From assembly GCA_964247055.1 (NCBI GenBank), contig OZ176055.1, positions 1,736,001-1,800,000 of the forward strand: a DNA stretch of 64,000 bases, read 5' to 3'. The translations under genes were made by a program, and so were the position numbers. Below are positions 1 to 12,468 of the stretch, in pieces (position 1 is the first letter of the stretch; every line of letters starts with the position of its first letter). Below the pieces are notes generated by a model. It was not told where the DNA came from and did no database searches. It saw only the letters and a list, made by a program, of their open reading frames with translations. This DNA comes from Paragordius varius. Taxonomy: Eukaryota > Animalia > Nematomorpha.

Positions 1-284
1 ACAATCTACTACGGAATTGGGAAGGTTTTTACAAATTTGAAATTGTTTGAACAATAATACTTATACATGACACAAATATAATATAAGCAGTTTACCTGGT
101 GGAATTTGGATCTATTGTATGAGTATAAAAACCTAATTATAATGTTTTTTGGGCGTAAAAAATCTATATTTTTAAGGTAGGAAGACATTATTTAATTTAA
201 TAGTGCATTTTAATATTTACCATTTGTATTGGCTAAGGTAACACTTCTCAAATGCAAACTAACTGATCCAAATCATGGTATACA

Positions 285-1431
285 TCACGTGTATCATAAG
301 TCTTTACCGTGTTTTCGGAAATGTAATTTTTAATGGAAATTAACTAATTTGTGTCCATCGGCTTCTTCAAATGTCTGAAGTAATATATTAATATCATGCC
401 AGCAAAACTGGATGTCGTTTGCATCACACTATTCTTCAAAATGTTTAACGTTTTTATTATGAAGTGCTTCGGTTCGGGGTTACCCTATTGATATGAAGAT
501 ATAATACTTAGATGGTGCCAGGTCGAGAGAAACAGCGAATGCGGAAGTTCCTATAGAAGCGTTTTTAAGGTATATTTTTATGGTTTTGCCGTGTCATATG
601 CAGCATTATCAGTATCATGTTACCTGTCTTTCTGTTTGTTTTTCGATTATTGCAGGGTTTGAATTAATTATTTGTTGGCGACAGTGTTGAGTATAAACGG
701 TTTTACCGGGGTTTAAAAGTTTATCATACGCAATACCACTCTCCAGACAAAAAGAACATGGTGTACTTATCGAAGCGATTTGACCTTGATGTTAATGAAC
801 CTTGACAAGGTCGAAGCCATATTTTTTCCGCTTTGAATTTACAAAATAAAGCCATTTGTCCCCACCCTTCACAATTTAATTCGAGAACAATTTTCTTTCG
901 TGACATTGAAGCAGGATTCCACCTATAACTTTGTCGGTTTTGATTTGCCGTTCGTTTAAATTGTTAGGACCCATCGAGTTTATTGGACTTTTCCATTGAT
1001 GACGTCTAATGGTTGTTTTTTGGGGTACATGAAATGCTTCTGCCAACTGCCGTTGAATTTGAGCCTATTCATCATATATTGACTTTTGCATTTGAGAGTT
1101 TTCATATTTTGTGGTGTACCGCGCCCACTCTTTATCGCAACTTTTAAATTTTCGAAACTATTTTAATTAGAGCATGTTCACCATATGTTTTAATAAGCAA
1201 ACGATGACTTTTACCAGCCCCTTTCTTCTGCTCAAATGCAAAAAAAATGCATGCTTCAAATGTTCTTTTTCAGGCATATCAACATAATTAAGAAATGATA
1301 AGGCAGGCTCAAATTTAGCGAATTTAGTTTTATATTATATGAAGAAAATAGGGTCTATATCATAATCGTCTGCGTACTTCTCGCTGACGTTTTCTCTTAG
1401 TTAACCAGTAATGAAATATGAATTGACCTAA
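285..1431 (-). mobile_element. Degraded near-full-length mariner (Mos1-like DD34D) transposon, copy 1
   Basis: Broken minus-strand frames give KIWLRPCQGSLTSRSNRFDKYTMF (cf. Mos1 KSYVDPGQPATSTARPNRFGKKTML), LLNPGKTV, DNAAY and ELPHS..DLAPS-like motifs. Degenerate TIRs lie at ~285-310 (TCACGTGTATCATAAGTCTTTACCG) and ~1405-1431. 1371-1406 matches 60109-60143. Confidence 0.8.
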
Positions 1432-2273
1432 TAACTTTACCTTACCCATACTCATCTTGCGCATAGATAATAATTTAAGATCATGTATTGTCAAACCATA
1501 TTTATGGACAATATATATTGTGAGATACAATTATATCCCTTTTTGTACGACTTTGTACGATGAATTAATTTATTTTTCATATTATTAGAACTGCTATCTT
1601 AAATAAAATAATTTGGTAAAAAACAAGTTTTATTTTTAACATTCCCTTTAAAAATATAATAAAGCCTATGCTAAATTTCTTAAATCGATCTAAAAGATGA
1701 CTTTAGTTTAAAGAAGGAATTCAAATTTTTGAAGGTAAACAAAGATATAAGGTATCGATATTTATTAGTAAATGCTCAATTTTATATTTTGAATAGTAAA
1801 TCAACTGCTAATTATTTTTAAAGTTGATCATTTTTTAGATATTTTTGGATATGATGAATTGTTAAATTATTGAAAAAATTTTGAAAATATAAATTGGATC
1901 CATATATTTTAGAGCGCATTTAGTATTATATAGAATATGAATGACACTATATATCTAAATTTATTTCAGATATACTGATAGGTATTTGGTCATTAATTGA
2001 ACACGAAAAGCCAAATATATATATTATATAAATATATATATATATATATATATGTTAAAATAACATATTATAATTCTATCCTTCAATATTTTATGAATGA
2101 TATTAATATTCCTCTAAGTTATAAAATAAATCATAGATGACAAACTAATGTATGTACATTTTATATTTTTAGTTTTTTCTATATTTTATACTATAAAAAG
2201 TGGGATTCGGAATTAAATTTTTTTCGGTCACTTTTAACCAAAAATAGTTTAATATATACTTAATTACCCGCAA

Positions 2274-3629
2274 ATGTCTGTTGACTCTCATTTGAACGCA
2301 ATACCAGAAAATAATCCAGATTTTTCAAAAACCAATCGTAATATTCAAAATGGATCATCACCCAACTTTAGTGTTGATAAACGATATATGATTGAAAATA
2401 TCCTTAATAATAATAATAATAATAATTATCCGGAACATTTGAAAACATCGCATGATGAAAAAAACAAAATTACAGAGATACCCTTGAATTTGTTAACACT
2501 AGCCTCTATGAGATCAAAACCGATTGAAGCTAAATCCTCCAATATTTTAACGGAAAAGATTGCTTTTAAAACCGATATAATTAATCAATGGCTCTTAACC
2601 ACCCTGCTAAGTAGGAAATGGAATGAATACACATGCCTTAAATCTAATTCAACCAATCTACTACATAAGCCAAATAATATATTCACAGCACTATATGGTG
2701 GTGAAAATACAGATACACTTTCAATTTTTTGCAAATACCTAACCAATTATAAAAATTATTTTATTCCGCAAACTCCTGCGATCACCAGTCAGCAAAAATT
2801 AGGTTTGTTATCAAGCGAAATTGTCTTATATAGTCCAGAAGAGAATAATATTTTGTCAAAAGAGGATGAATCATTAGTAGATATTATTTCATCCGATACC
2901 GAGAGAGTGCCTAAAAAACATGAAAAACAGCATACTTATCCATCATCAAGCTATGAGTTATTATGGGGAAAAATTTATGGTGGTGGAAGGCATTTTATGT
3001 TTGATACCGCGTCTGATAAAAGCCCTAACTTTGAGCTCAACACGATAAATGTCAATACCAGCGTAAATAGTGTTAATTTTGCAAGTAATAGCATTAATGT
3101 TGTGAGTCGGCCTCCTGTAAAAAAACAAAATAACTTACAACATAAAAATAAGTATTGTAATAACATTGATAATAACAATCATAATCTTAGAATAAAGGAC
3201 CGGACAAAATCTCTTAAACGGATTGTTAATAATAATGGTCATTCAGACTTATTGTCGCGGTATAACCTTTCAACTGCTTTCATTAATCAGGTTCGTCACA
3301 ATTTCCGTCGACAAAGAACTATCTTCTCCCGGGATCAAACGACAAAATTGGAAAAAGAATTTAAAAAATGTGAATACGTTAGCCGAGAACAACGTCAAAC
3401 GTTGGCTAAAACTTTGCGTTTAAGTGAAAGTCAAGTTAAAATTTGGTTTCAAAATCGACGGGCTAAGGATAAACGGATTGAAAAAGCTACGCTAACTATA
3501 TCGCCCAGCATTAGAAAAGATATGGATAACCCAGAAATGCAAGGATATTGCTTGATTGCTTGCCCACCTACGAACACGAATAATATTTTTAGCAGTACAA
3601 ATTGTGAAAATATAATAAGTGCTAATTAA
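2274..3629 (+). CDS. ro: Rough-class (ANTP) homeobox transcription factor, single-exon 451-aa ORF
   Basis: Q50 homeodomain at 3303-3482: [61 protein letters not shown]. The RRQRT..F start and [11 protein letters not shown] end match the Rough signature as recalled. eh1-like YMIENIL at 2385-2405; AATAAA at 3655. Confidence 0.88.
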   Translation: MSVDSHLNAIPENNPDFSKTNRNIQNGSSPNFSVDKRYMIENILNNNNNNNYPEHLKTSHDEKNKITEIPLNLLTLASMRSKPIEAKSSNILTEKIAFKTDIINQWLLTTLLSRKWNEYTCLKSNSTNLLHKPNNIFTALYGGENTDTLSIFCKYLTNYKNYFIPQTPAITSQQKLGLLSSEIVLYSPEENNILSKEDESLVDIISSDTERVPKKHEKQHTYPSSSYELLWGKIYGGGRHFMFDTASDKSPNFELNTINVNTSVNSVNFASNSINVVSRPPVKKQNNLQHKNKYCNNIDNNNHNLRIKDRTKSLKRIVNNNGHSDLLSRYNLSTAFINQVRHNFRRQRTIFSRDQTTKLEKEFKKCEYVSREQRQTLAKTLRLSESQVKIWFQNRRAKDKRIEKATLTISPSIRKDMDNPEMQGYCLIACPPTNTNNIFSSTNCENIISAN

Positions 3630-4559
3630 CTAGTTATCTCGTCGTACAAAATGCAATAAATTAATCAATAAATCGGGATCGATCTTTAAATTTATAGTTT
3701 TATCATATATTGGAAATGGGTAAAATATAGAAACATTTCGATATTGATAAATATTTAGTCTGAATTTAAAAAGTGTGAGATTATTATAATTAAAGAAAAG
3801 TCAAATCTACATATATTATGTTGTAGTATTGGAAGGAGGTAGATGTCCTAAACTAAAATGGTATTACTGTAAATTATTTATGAAAAAATAGCAACGTTGG
3901 TTCTCATTATATAATTTTATAATAGGCTTCAAGTTAATTTATTTAAGATAAACCTTTTATTTTTATACAAAACGCCCTAATTAATGGATAAAATTAACAA
4001 TATATGCTATTTGCGATGGATATGGTATTTTATTTATTAATTTAAAAAATTATAACAGCATAGCACTTGCAAAAAAAGCACTAAAACATTAAATCATTTA
4101 TAACTCATCTGTTGGAATTGTTCTAAAAGCTATTATATTCAACATAATATATTTTAAAAAATTTGTCGCAATCGTGGCTATCTTGGGTTAATTTTAGAAT
4201 TCTTAATTAAAATAATCCGAAATGCTTCTGATTTTTTACAGAAAATATTGGTAACTAATTATTATTTTGCTCGTGATAAAAGTATATACTGTTTTAACTG
4301 TTGTTTGTGAAAGCAGTTACCAATCACGATCAGGGGTGGAAACATTTATAACCTGTATAGCCTAAGCTTGTTATATTTAATAAGAGGAAAATTCCGCTTT
4401 TGGATTATAATTTCACCTGTTTAAAATTTTATCCGGAATTAATCTTGAGCCAATTTTTCAAATAATGTATTTAAAATTTAAAATTCATTTTTTCTGTAAA
4501 TACGCTGGCTATGTCTACCTACTTTTTGATATAAATCTCTTAAATAATTTGTGAAATGG

Positions 4560-5850
4560 AAGGTTTAAAATAAGAAAATCCTCAAAAATCGTGTCTTTAA
4601 TAAGATTTGGAGACCATTCAAACTTAATAAGAAAACTCTTTCTATTAATTTACGAATGAGCCGAACATAGTCAGCCCACTCTTTTCAAACAACAGCGCTC
4701 TTATAGTAAAAAAATTTTTTTGAGAAAAAGCTAAGTCTAAATTTTAATGCATTTTACCTCAAAGTTATGAGATTATATAAATTCATTACTGGTTTTGAAA
4801 TTGTAAAAAGGCAAAAGTGTTAGCCCATTGCTTTTTTAAAATTAGCCACTGGGTAGAGCTCTACCCTTTGTAAAATTGGCATGTAACATTGAAATTTTTT
4901 TATAAAACTATACCAAATCAATGATTATAAATATTCACCGTATTAAGGAACTTTTTAGTAATATATACTTATTCATACCGATTTGCTTTAACGCTTTTAA
5001 AATTACCTGGGTGCTGATTTTATCCTATGTTTAATGCAGCACTATAGATAAAAACATGGGAAGCAACTCAGAATAAGCTGATACCATATATATATTAATC
5101 ATGATTTAAGGTGTTCTCTATATAAAGGCAAATATTTAGTCCCGCTCATTTTTTTAACTGGCCGATGGGTAGGCATTATACCATTTTAAAAATATTCCAA
5201 CCATATAAAAATAAGGTTAAACAACTTTTCGCCCAATATGACATACTATATGGAATCAATAATAGTTTGTGAAAAGTAAAAATTTAGTTCAGCTCTTTTT
5301 GTTTAATTGGCCGCTCGGTAGTGTTGCACCATTTGTAAAATACATTACCATATAAAAAGCTTGGCTTTGATTCAGATAATCAGACTCTATTTATCAACTG
5401 ACCGTTTAAACAAATTTTCGTTCAAGTTAATGGATTATCAGGAATCAATAATGGTTTTAAGAACTAATAATAAAAATAAAAACTTGGACCACCTCATTTT
5501 TGATTAACTGGCCGCTGGGTAGGGCACCGTTGGGCACCCTCTGTAAAATATGCCTGTCATATAAAAATAAGTTTGAACAACTTTTTGCCCTTTGAAACTA
5601 TATAAGAGAAAGCTTTGGACACCATATAGGACCAAAAAGAGTTTGAGTTTTTTTTCTAGAAAAACGGCAATATAGTTATGAGCGTTTTTTAGCCAGTAAG
5701 TGGGACTCTACGCCATCTTTGAAATGCTTAACTATAAAAAATAATCTAGGTTTGAGGCAACTTTTTGTAAAGCTATGAGAGTTTATGCATCCAACTATGG
5801 GAAAAATGGTTTTTCTTGCCCTTTTTAAGCGCCACCGGTAAAAATTGTTT
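4560..5850 (+). repeat. Old degenerate relative of the Helitron family at 17967-18963, with internal subrepeats
   Basis: Shares motifs AAAAATCGTGTCTTT, GACCATTCAA, CCGAACATAGTC, AAAAGGCAAAA and CTGGGTAG..CTACCC with the 17967 element. The core TTAACTGGCCGCTGGGTAG...CATATAAAAATAAG recurs at ~5155, ~5305, ~5505 and ~5690. Confidence 0.5.
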
Positions 5851-7035
5851 TTTATATGTAATCCTAAAGCTGAGATGTGCGATATATAATATAAAAAAAA
5901 TACAGCATTGGTAATAATTATATATGCTTTCTGTTATATCAACGTTGTATTTCTATAATTTAATCTTTAAAACTATTTGAAAAACTGGCTGAAACTAAGA
6001 AAATCAGGTAAAACAGAATTTTGGTTACAATATAAAAATATTTCATAAAATTATATATTCCACACATTTATTTTGTTATGCCAGAAAAACATCTAATATG
6101 TACATACAAATCTGATAATAATTATATTTATAATTTCCAAGACAAACACAATTTTTTTCAATAATAATTGGGATTAATAACAACCAAAAAGTTATTAATT
6201 GAATAATTTTGGATCGCAGAATCTTACACATATTAATTAAGCTATATTATATATATAAAGATAACCCTCATCACTAATAGATTTGTTGGAATGTTGTTTT
6301 TAATTGACGTCTAAAAGGAGCTAAGATATGTGCGGAATTACTACAAAATATTCAAAAAAACCACCAAAATATTGACAAATTAATCCAAATATAATAATAT
6401 ATATATATATATATGTAAATATATAAATAGCCATAATTACAATATAAATGAATTAACAAACACAAACGATTATACTTTTTTAATCTTACAAAGCTTGTAT
6501 TTTTAATAATATTTATCCAAAAAATTGTATGCAATTTTCTTGAGATATATATATTCCGATATCTTTTATCAAAATAAAAATAATTAATTCAAAGCTAATA
6601 TAACGTGTGGATGGTTCAGGAATTTAGTTGATGATTTATTTCCCATAAAATTTAATTGTATAATCATAATATATATATGACTTTAAATTGAAATATTTTG
6701 GCTTAAATTAACCATATTCCTTGCTTTATATTTCCAGTTTATATTTTTCTTTTAAAAACATAATTTCCATTTATGATTATAATATAATAATAATAGAATA
6801 TCTCATAATATTATAATAGATTCAGAAACGTTTGATGACATGTGAATTATGATAACAACACATTTTTGTGCATAATTTGTCGTTTTTAGGAGAACAGCCA
6901 AATTTTTGCAAAAAACATTTCCATTTCCATTTTATTATTATTATGATAAATAACTTTTTTATACATAAAAAAATACAGTTAACCCCTCCCCACCTTGTAT
7001 AAAATTTATTTGTCAAAATTATATTTTAGGGTCTA

Positions 7036-7328
7036 AGTGGTTCCAAACCTTTTTTTGTTCACGCCCCACTAAATTGATAATAAAAATTCCTGCGCTCTTC
7101 ACTCAAAACAATTTAAGATCAAAATGGAAAATATATTAATTATAATTTTTTAAAAATCCTAATCAATGAAATCCTGATATCTTGCATTTTAAAATATTTT
7201 TTCCATATCGGTGACAATTCGCACCTGAAATCCTTCAATTTATTTCTAGCTATTTTTAATTAAATTATCCGAATTTTTTGCGTGCCCCCCTTTTAGATTT
7301 TTCTACGTTCATCTTTTGGGAACCACTG
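7036..7328. mobile_element. hAT-type (Charlie/Buster-like) MITE
   Basis: Termini AGTGGTTCCAAA ... TTTGGGAACCACTG with GTCTA on both flanks; no ORF. Confidence 0.5.
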
Positions 7329-9000
7329 GTCTAGTAGTTAAAACTTCAGATGTTTCAATCAAATCTGATATAAAACATTAGTAAAATTTTATGAAGCCGC
7401 AGATACAAAAAATCAAAAACTTAAAATTTCATAAAAACAATTTTTTTATAATTCATTAGCAAATATACTATTTACAGTTAAATTTCACCCCAAAAACACC
7501 CTTGAACACTTCATATTCACCCTTAAAATAAACTATGTTTTATCGGGACTGAATCGTCCATTTGTCCCTCAGTTCAGAGCTAAAGACAAGGATGTCTAAT
7601 ATGCGGTTCTCCTAGACTCTTACATCCCGTTAGAAACCCATTATTTGGAAAAATATGATAATAAAATATTAGAAAATGATGCTTTTCAAACAAGTTTGTG
7701 TATTCCAATTCGCAACGCTAGAAAATATTGTTATATTATGTTTGCATTTTACAGTGTTATGTTTGAAATTAAATAAATATTTTCTATTCCCACATATATA
7801 TATTTCAAACGAGAAGAAATAATATATTATTTTATCGGATTTAAGAAAGTTTACTTTGAAATAACAACAGAAGCAGTTTTATTTTAAAACAGTTTTTGCA
7901 AGGAGAGGGTGCATCTGACAAGTAAAAACTTCGTCTCAATTTACCCCACTTTCAGAGGTTTTTCATATCAGTTCTTTCTAGTAAAGATAATTTATATTTT
8001 AAACCAAAATATTTCTGCAAACATATATGAATTCGCAAGTGAGTCCAGTACCTATATCATTTGAATTTCACAACTGACGTTATTTCTGAAACCCCATTTT
8101 AAAATGATCATAAAACAAAAAATGACAAATAGTTAAATAAGGAAAGTCGGAGCAACAATTATTATATATTTGGACCTAATGTATGCATGGATTATTAATA
8201 TAAAGCAATCTATTTTGCTAACCAATTTTTCAACAATTATCTGCTTTGAAACACTTTAAAGCCTTTTAGATATTTAGTCAGCATATATAGTTTCTTAATC
8301 TTAAATTAAATTTGATTTTTTAATATAACTTATTTTCTAATTTTTTAACAAAATATTTAGTTAGAGGGGAACAATTTTGATTAACCTACGCTTTTTAAAC
8401 TATTTATTAACATTTACATCTAATTAAAACTTCACGATTTACTGATAAATTTTTCTTATAAATGCTCAAAAGAGATTTTTTATAAAAGAATTTTTTTAAA
8501 AACAAGTGAGGGATTTAAGTGCTTGATATGTTTTGTTGATTGGAAAGAATAATAAATTAAACTGAAAAAATGTTAAGGTTGGTAATAAAAAAGGATAATA
8601 ATGTATGTCATTTTATTTTTTCCTAAATTTTATATATCAATAAGCGAGATTAATTAGTAAATATTTATTAAGGTAAAATAGTGTTAAAGAAAGTGCATAT
8701 AATAATAATAATTAATTGACTTAAGGAAAAGGGAAAAACCATTAAAGGTATATATTAATTAGTAAATGTGCGATTGAAAAGTGTAAATAAAATAAACTAA
8801 GCCATTTAAGACACATAAAAGACATAGATATATATAATTTACTCTAATACAAAAATGAACAAATACCATTATTGATATATGTAAGTTGTATTATATAGAT
8901 AAAATAAATGTGTATATATGTTATGGATTAGATAGATACAATGTGTAAGTATACATTGATTAAATGATAAATCTTTCATTTTGAAAAATTAATTTTTTCT

Positions 9001-10695
9001 TTAATGAACAGTATTCATGACATTTTGGGGTGCGGATGAATTAAACGTTTGTGGAACGATAAATTCTGTGGGCGGCATCTTTATAGCGGTTTCATAATCG
9101 GGCAAAGAGGAGGTCTAATTTTAATTTAAAAAAATAAAAAATTTAGATTATAAAGACAAAACAAATCCTAAAAAAATAAAATATTTTGACAGATAGCCAG
9201 GCCCTCTACATTATATATGGTAAAACTAGTTGTAATATTATTTAAAACAATCATAAAAATTGGATTAGGGGTGTAATGATTTATAGGCATGTCAAAAAAG
9301 TACTTTAACTATATTTAGGCAAAAATCTTTATTTATAGATTTAATAAACTTGGTCAAATAGCAAAAAAATTTTTTTTGGTAATTATTTATGGATAAGTAG
9401 TGTTTCCAATAACTTATAAACCTCAGGCTCCACTTTGATGTAATTGATTTTGAGAGTTTCTCGGCGATTACACAAGTATTTATAGCAAGTCCAAACGAGA
9501 TTGATAAAGTACACCTAATATTAAAATATTTATAATCAATATAAATATATACTACAAAAAGTATAAAGAAGATTAATTTTAAAAAATCTAGGTTTAGATA
9601 TTTACCCATTCTAATAGAGTGTTTATTCCATTTTTTATTTATAAAACAAATATAATTTTATGAAAATCTAAATTATTTAGCTTTTTTCACATTTTATAAA
9701 TACAAGCATAAATGCAATATTTAAAATTATATTTGCTCTCCTATTTAATTCGTATGTCATCAATACAAATGCTTCGTTCGTTATTCAAACAACCATTTTC
9801 AAAAAGGTGCTATCTATAGTGAAACTCCCTTAAAAAGTTTTAATATGAAAAATAGATGGCTGATTTTTTCGATACCCGAATTTTATGATTCCAATAAAAA
9901 ATAATGTAGATTAAACACTTATTGCCTTGAATAAATACAAAAATGACTAAAAAATACCCACAAACAAGTCATAAAATTAGATTAATATAAATAACGTTGT
10001 CCTTATATTATTATATTTCCACATCTAAAGTGAAAATCCCTTTTAATATCTCGCCCATATAAAAAATTGAATGAACGTTTGTTTCCCTAGAGTTTTTAAT
10101 TTTTTTCTCACACTAGAAAACACTTTGACGAAACAAAATTTTTGATAATGTTCACATACATTTTGAAATGTTGAAATGAAATATTTTGTAGATTTTTTGC
10201 ATTTCTATCACAGCAGAAGTTTTATATTCCCAATCTTAACAAATTTTTTATTATATATTTGTAATAAAAATCACGGCTGTAATTATTTAAAATTACCACA
10301 AGTTAAATAGTTAGAGGCACAGATTATTTAGAAACTATGTATAAACACCATTGAGATATTGTCGGACAAGTGTGAGCTTTTTAAAATAATAAATATAATG
10401 CGTTTTAAAAATTATTATTATTTATGTTAAAATCCTGTCCAATGCCCTAATAAATTAAAAATTTACCATTTACATTTGTATAATATATAATATGAATTCA
10501 ATTTAAACATTGCCAATCATACATTTATATATCACGTGTAAAATAAAACCTAAATTACGTGTCCTTATTTCAGCAAATTTTATCTATATAAGATACTAAT
10601 GAGGATCAATTAACTTATTCATAATTTAATTAAACAAAATAAATGTCTGAGTATAGGTAAAGTTTGTTTGTTTCACATCATATATATATATATAT

Positions 10696-10730
<35 letters not shown>

Positions 10731-12468
10731 TTATTAGTAAAATAAATAAAATACTGTATTGATATTTGTAAAAATGTTAAAATAATGTCACCTTTTTTAA
10801 ATAAATAAAATCGATCAAAAAACATCAATCAATCAATCAACATATAGTACCTTGAAAAGGACAATCAAGAGAAAGAATATAAATGCCGAAACATCCAAGT
10901 AACTATTATCACCAGGTTTATAGGAATCCGTCAATGACTAATAATTAATATTAATAATGATAAAGAGATTTAAATGTCAGGCATTGATATAAAAACCTAT
11001 ATAAAATCCATATATGTTAATATTTTACTATAAAAAAGTGTTAAATGAGGTATATTATGGGTAACATTTTGTAAGAAAATTTATGTAAAATGTATAATAT
11101 GTTTTGCTTTTAAGCTTATTTTCGATAAAAATAACTCTATTGTAAAATAAATTTTAGCCTAATAAAGTCAACATAAGAAGTAGTTTAATTACTAAGAAGC
11201 CACTATTTATTGAGTATATATAAAGGTCAACATTTCAATATCCATTTAAATATAGTATTTTAAACTATTAATATAAATAGAATCGGATAATTTTGACTGT
11301 TTAACCATAAATAAATGCTTAATTTGTAAAAATCATGTAAAACGTCAATAAAATTGTGAAAAATTCTTATGACGCCCTGTTTTAATAAATATATATTGAC
11401 AATGCGTTTTGACATAAATATAAATTTTAAAAATGCTATGTCAATTTATTTATAAACACACTTACGTTTAAGTGAATTTGTACATACAAATTTTTTTAAA
11501 AATACAGTAGATTGAAATCAACAACACTATAATATCACATACAACACCGTACTTAGAACAAATATATAGGTTAAAACAGGATAAGCTCTCTGGACTAAAT
11601 TTCAAAAAAATCTGTTTAATAATCAGATTCTCAAAATATATGCACTTTAAACTGAATAAAAAAGTACAAATATCTATGAGTCATGTTTGTTGGTAAAAAT
11701 AAAAACAATCTAGAAGCAGTAATTTTTAAAAAACATTTTTACGCAAAAAACAATTAAAAGATCTTGATTACTAATGTAACTGCGTATTGTGATTTAAAAA
11801 AGTTTTTTTTAACATAAATGATACCGAATTGGTGGTGGATTTTATGTAAGTTTTCACATCTGGGTAGGTGTAATAGCCCAAAAAGGTTAGGATAGTTAGA
11901 CTCAAATCAAAAATTTGAAGAGAGAAAAATGGAATAAGGTATCCAGGCTTATTCTATTTAATAAAAAAATGTAAAAAAATAAAAAAAAATGATAAATGAT
12001 TAAAATAATAATTATACTTACAGCTAAAATTCCATGAATCAACAAACAAGTGAGTAGGAATGCCGAAAGAGTAACTATTAATCCAACATGGGCATCTTCA
12101 ATGCTAAAGGAACTCACTTTGTAAGAAAAATATGGATTTTTCCGTATTTGGCGGACCTTATTATCCATACTTTCAAAATAGGGACGTAATGTTGAATCCT
12201 CATCCAAAGCTTTCAAGCCATCCAAAAATATATTTGATAATTTCAAATCAGTAGTCTTGTGATCGATGTCGTTGGTAACGTAAGGTTGTATAACCAACAA
12301 TGTAAAAGCTGCCAGGACAATCAATTGTAAAATCTAAATAAAAGTTTAAAAAATTATCGGTACCAAATTAAGAAATCCCCATGCCAATGTTGCTGACTTA
12401 ACATGGCAACAGAGGGTACGATATTTGGACGATTCCCTTCTGTTTTCGTAATTTATAATTCTAACCAT
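9001..12468 (-). CDS. LAPTM4: LAPTM4-like lysosomal-associated tetraspan protein, ~279 aa; exons 12468-12364, 12333-12022, 11953-11825, 10937-10851, 9514-9422, 9114-9001
   Basis: All junctions are GT-AG, phase 0, and join in frame. Motifs CCHVKSATLAWG (cf. CCHVRTGTIILG), GYLIPFFSLQIFD (cf. GWLIPFFCYRLFD), FKVYFINLVWTCYKY (cf. FKAYLINCVWNCYKY) and LPDYETAIKMP (cf. LPTYEMAVKMP); four hydrophobic segments. Confidence 0.92.

Noticed and set aside
2975-3423. Short ORFs 2975-3178 (-) and 3223-3423 (+)
   Set aside because: Antisense or alternate-frame shadows of the homeobox CDS with no motifs.
9292-9609. 105-aa hydrophobic minus-strand ORF
   Set aside because: Mostly intron; the real LAPTM4 exon (9514-9422) is in a different frame with clear homology.
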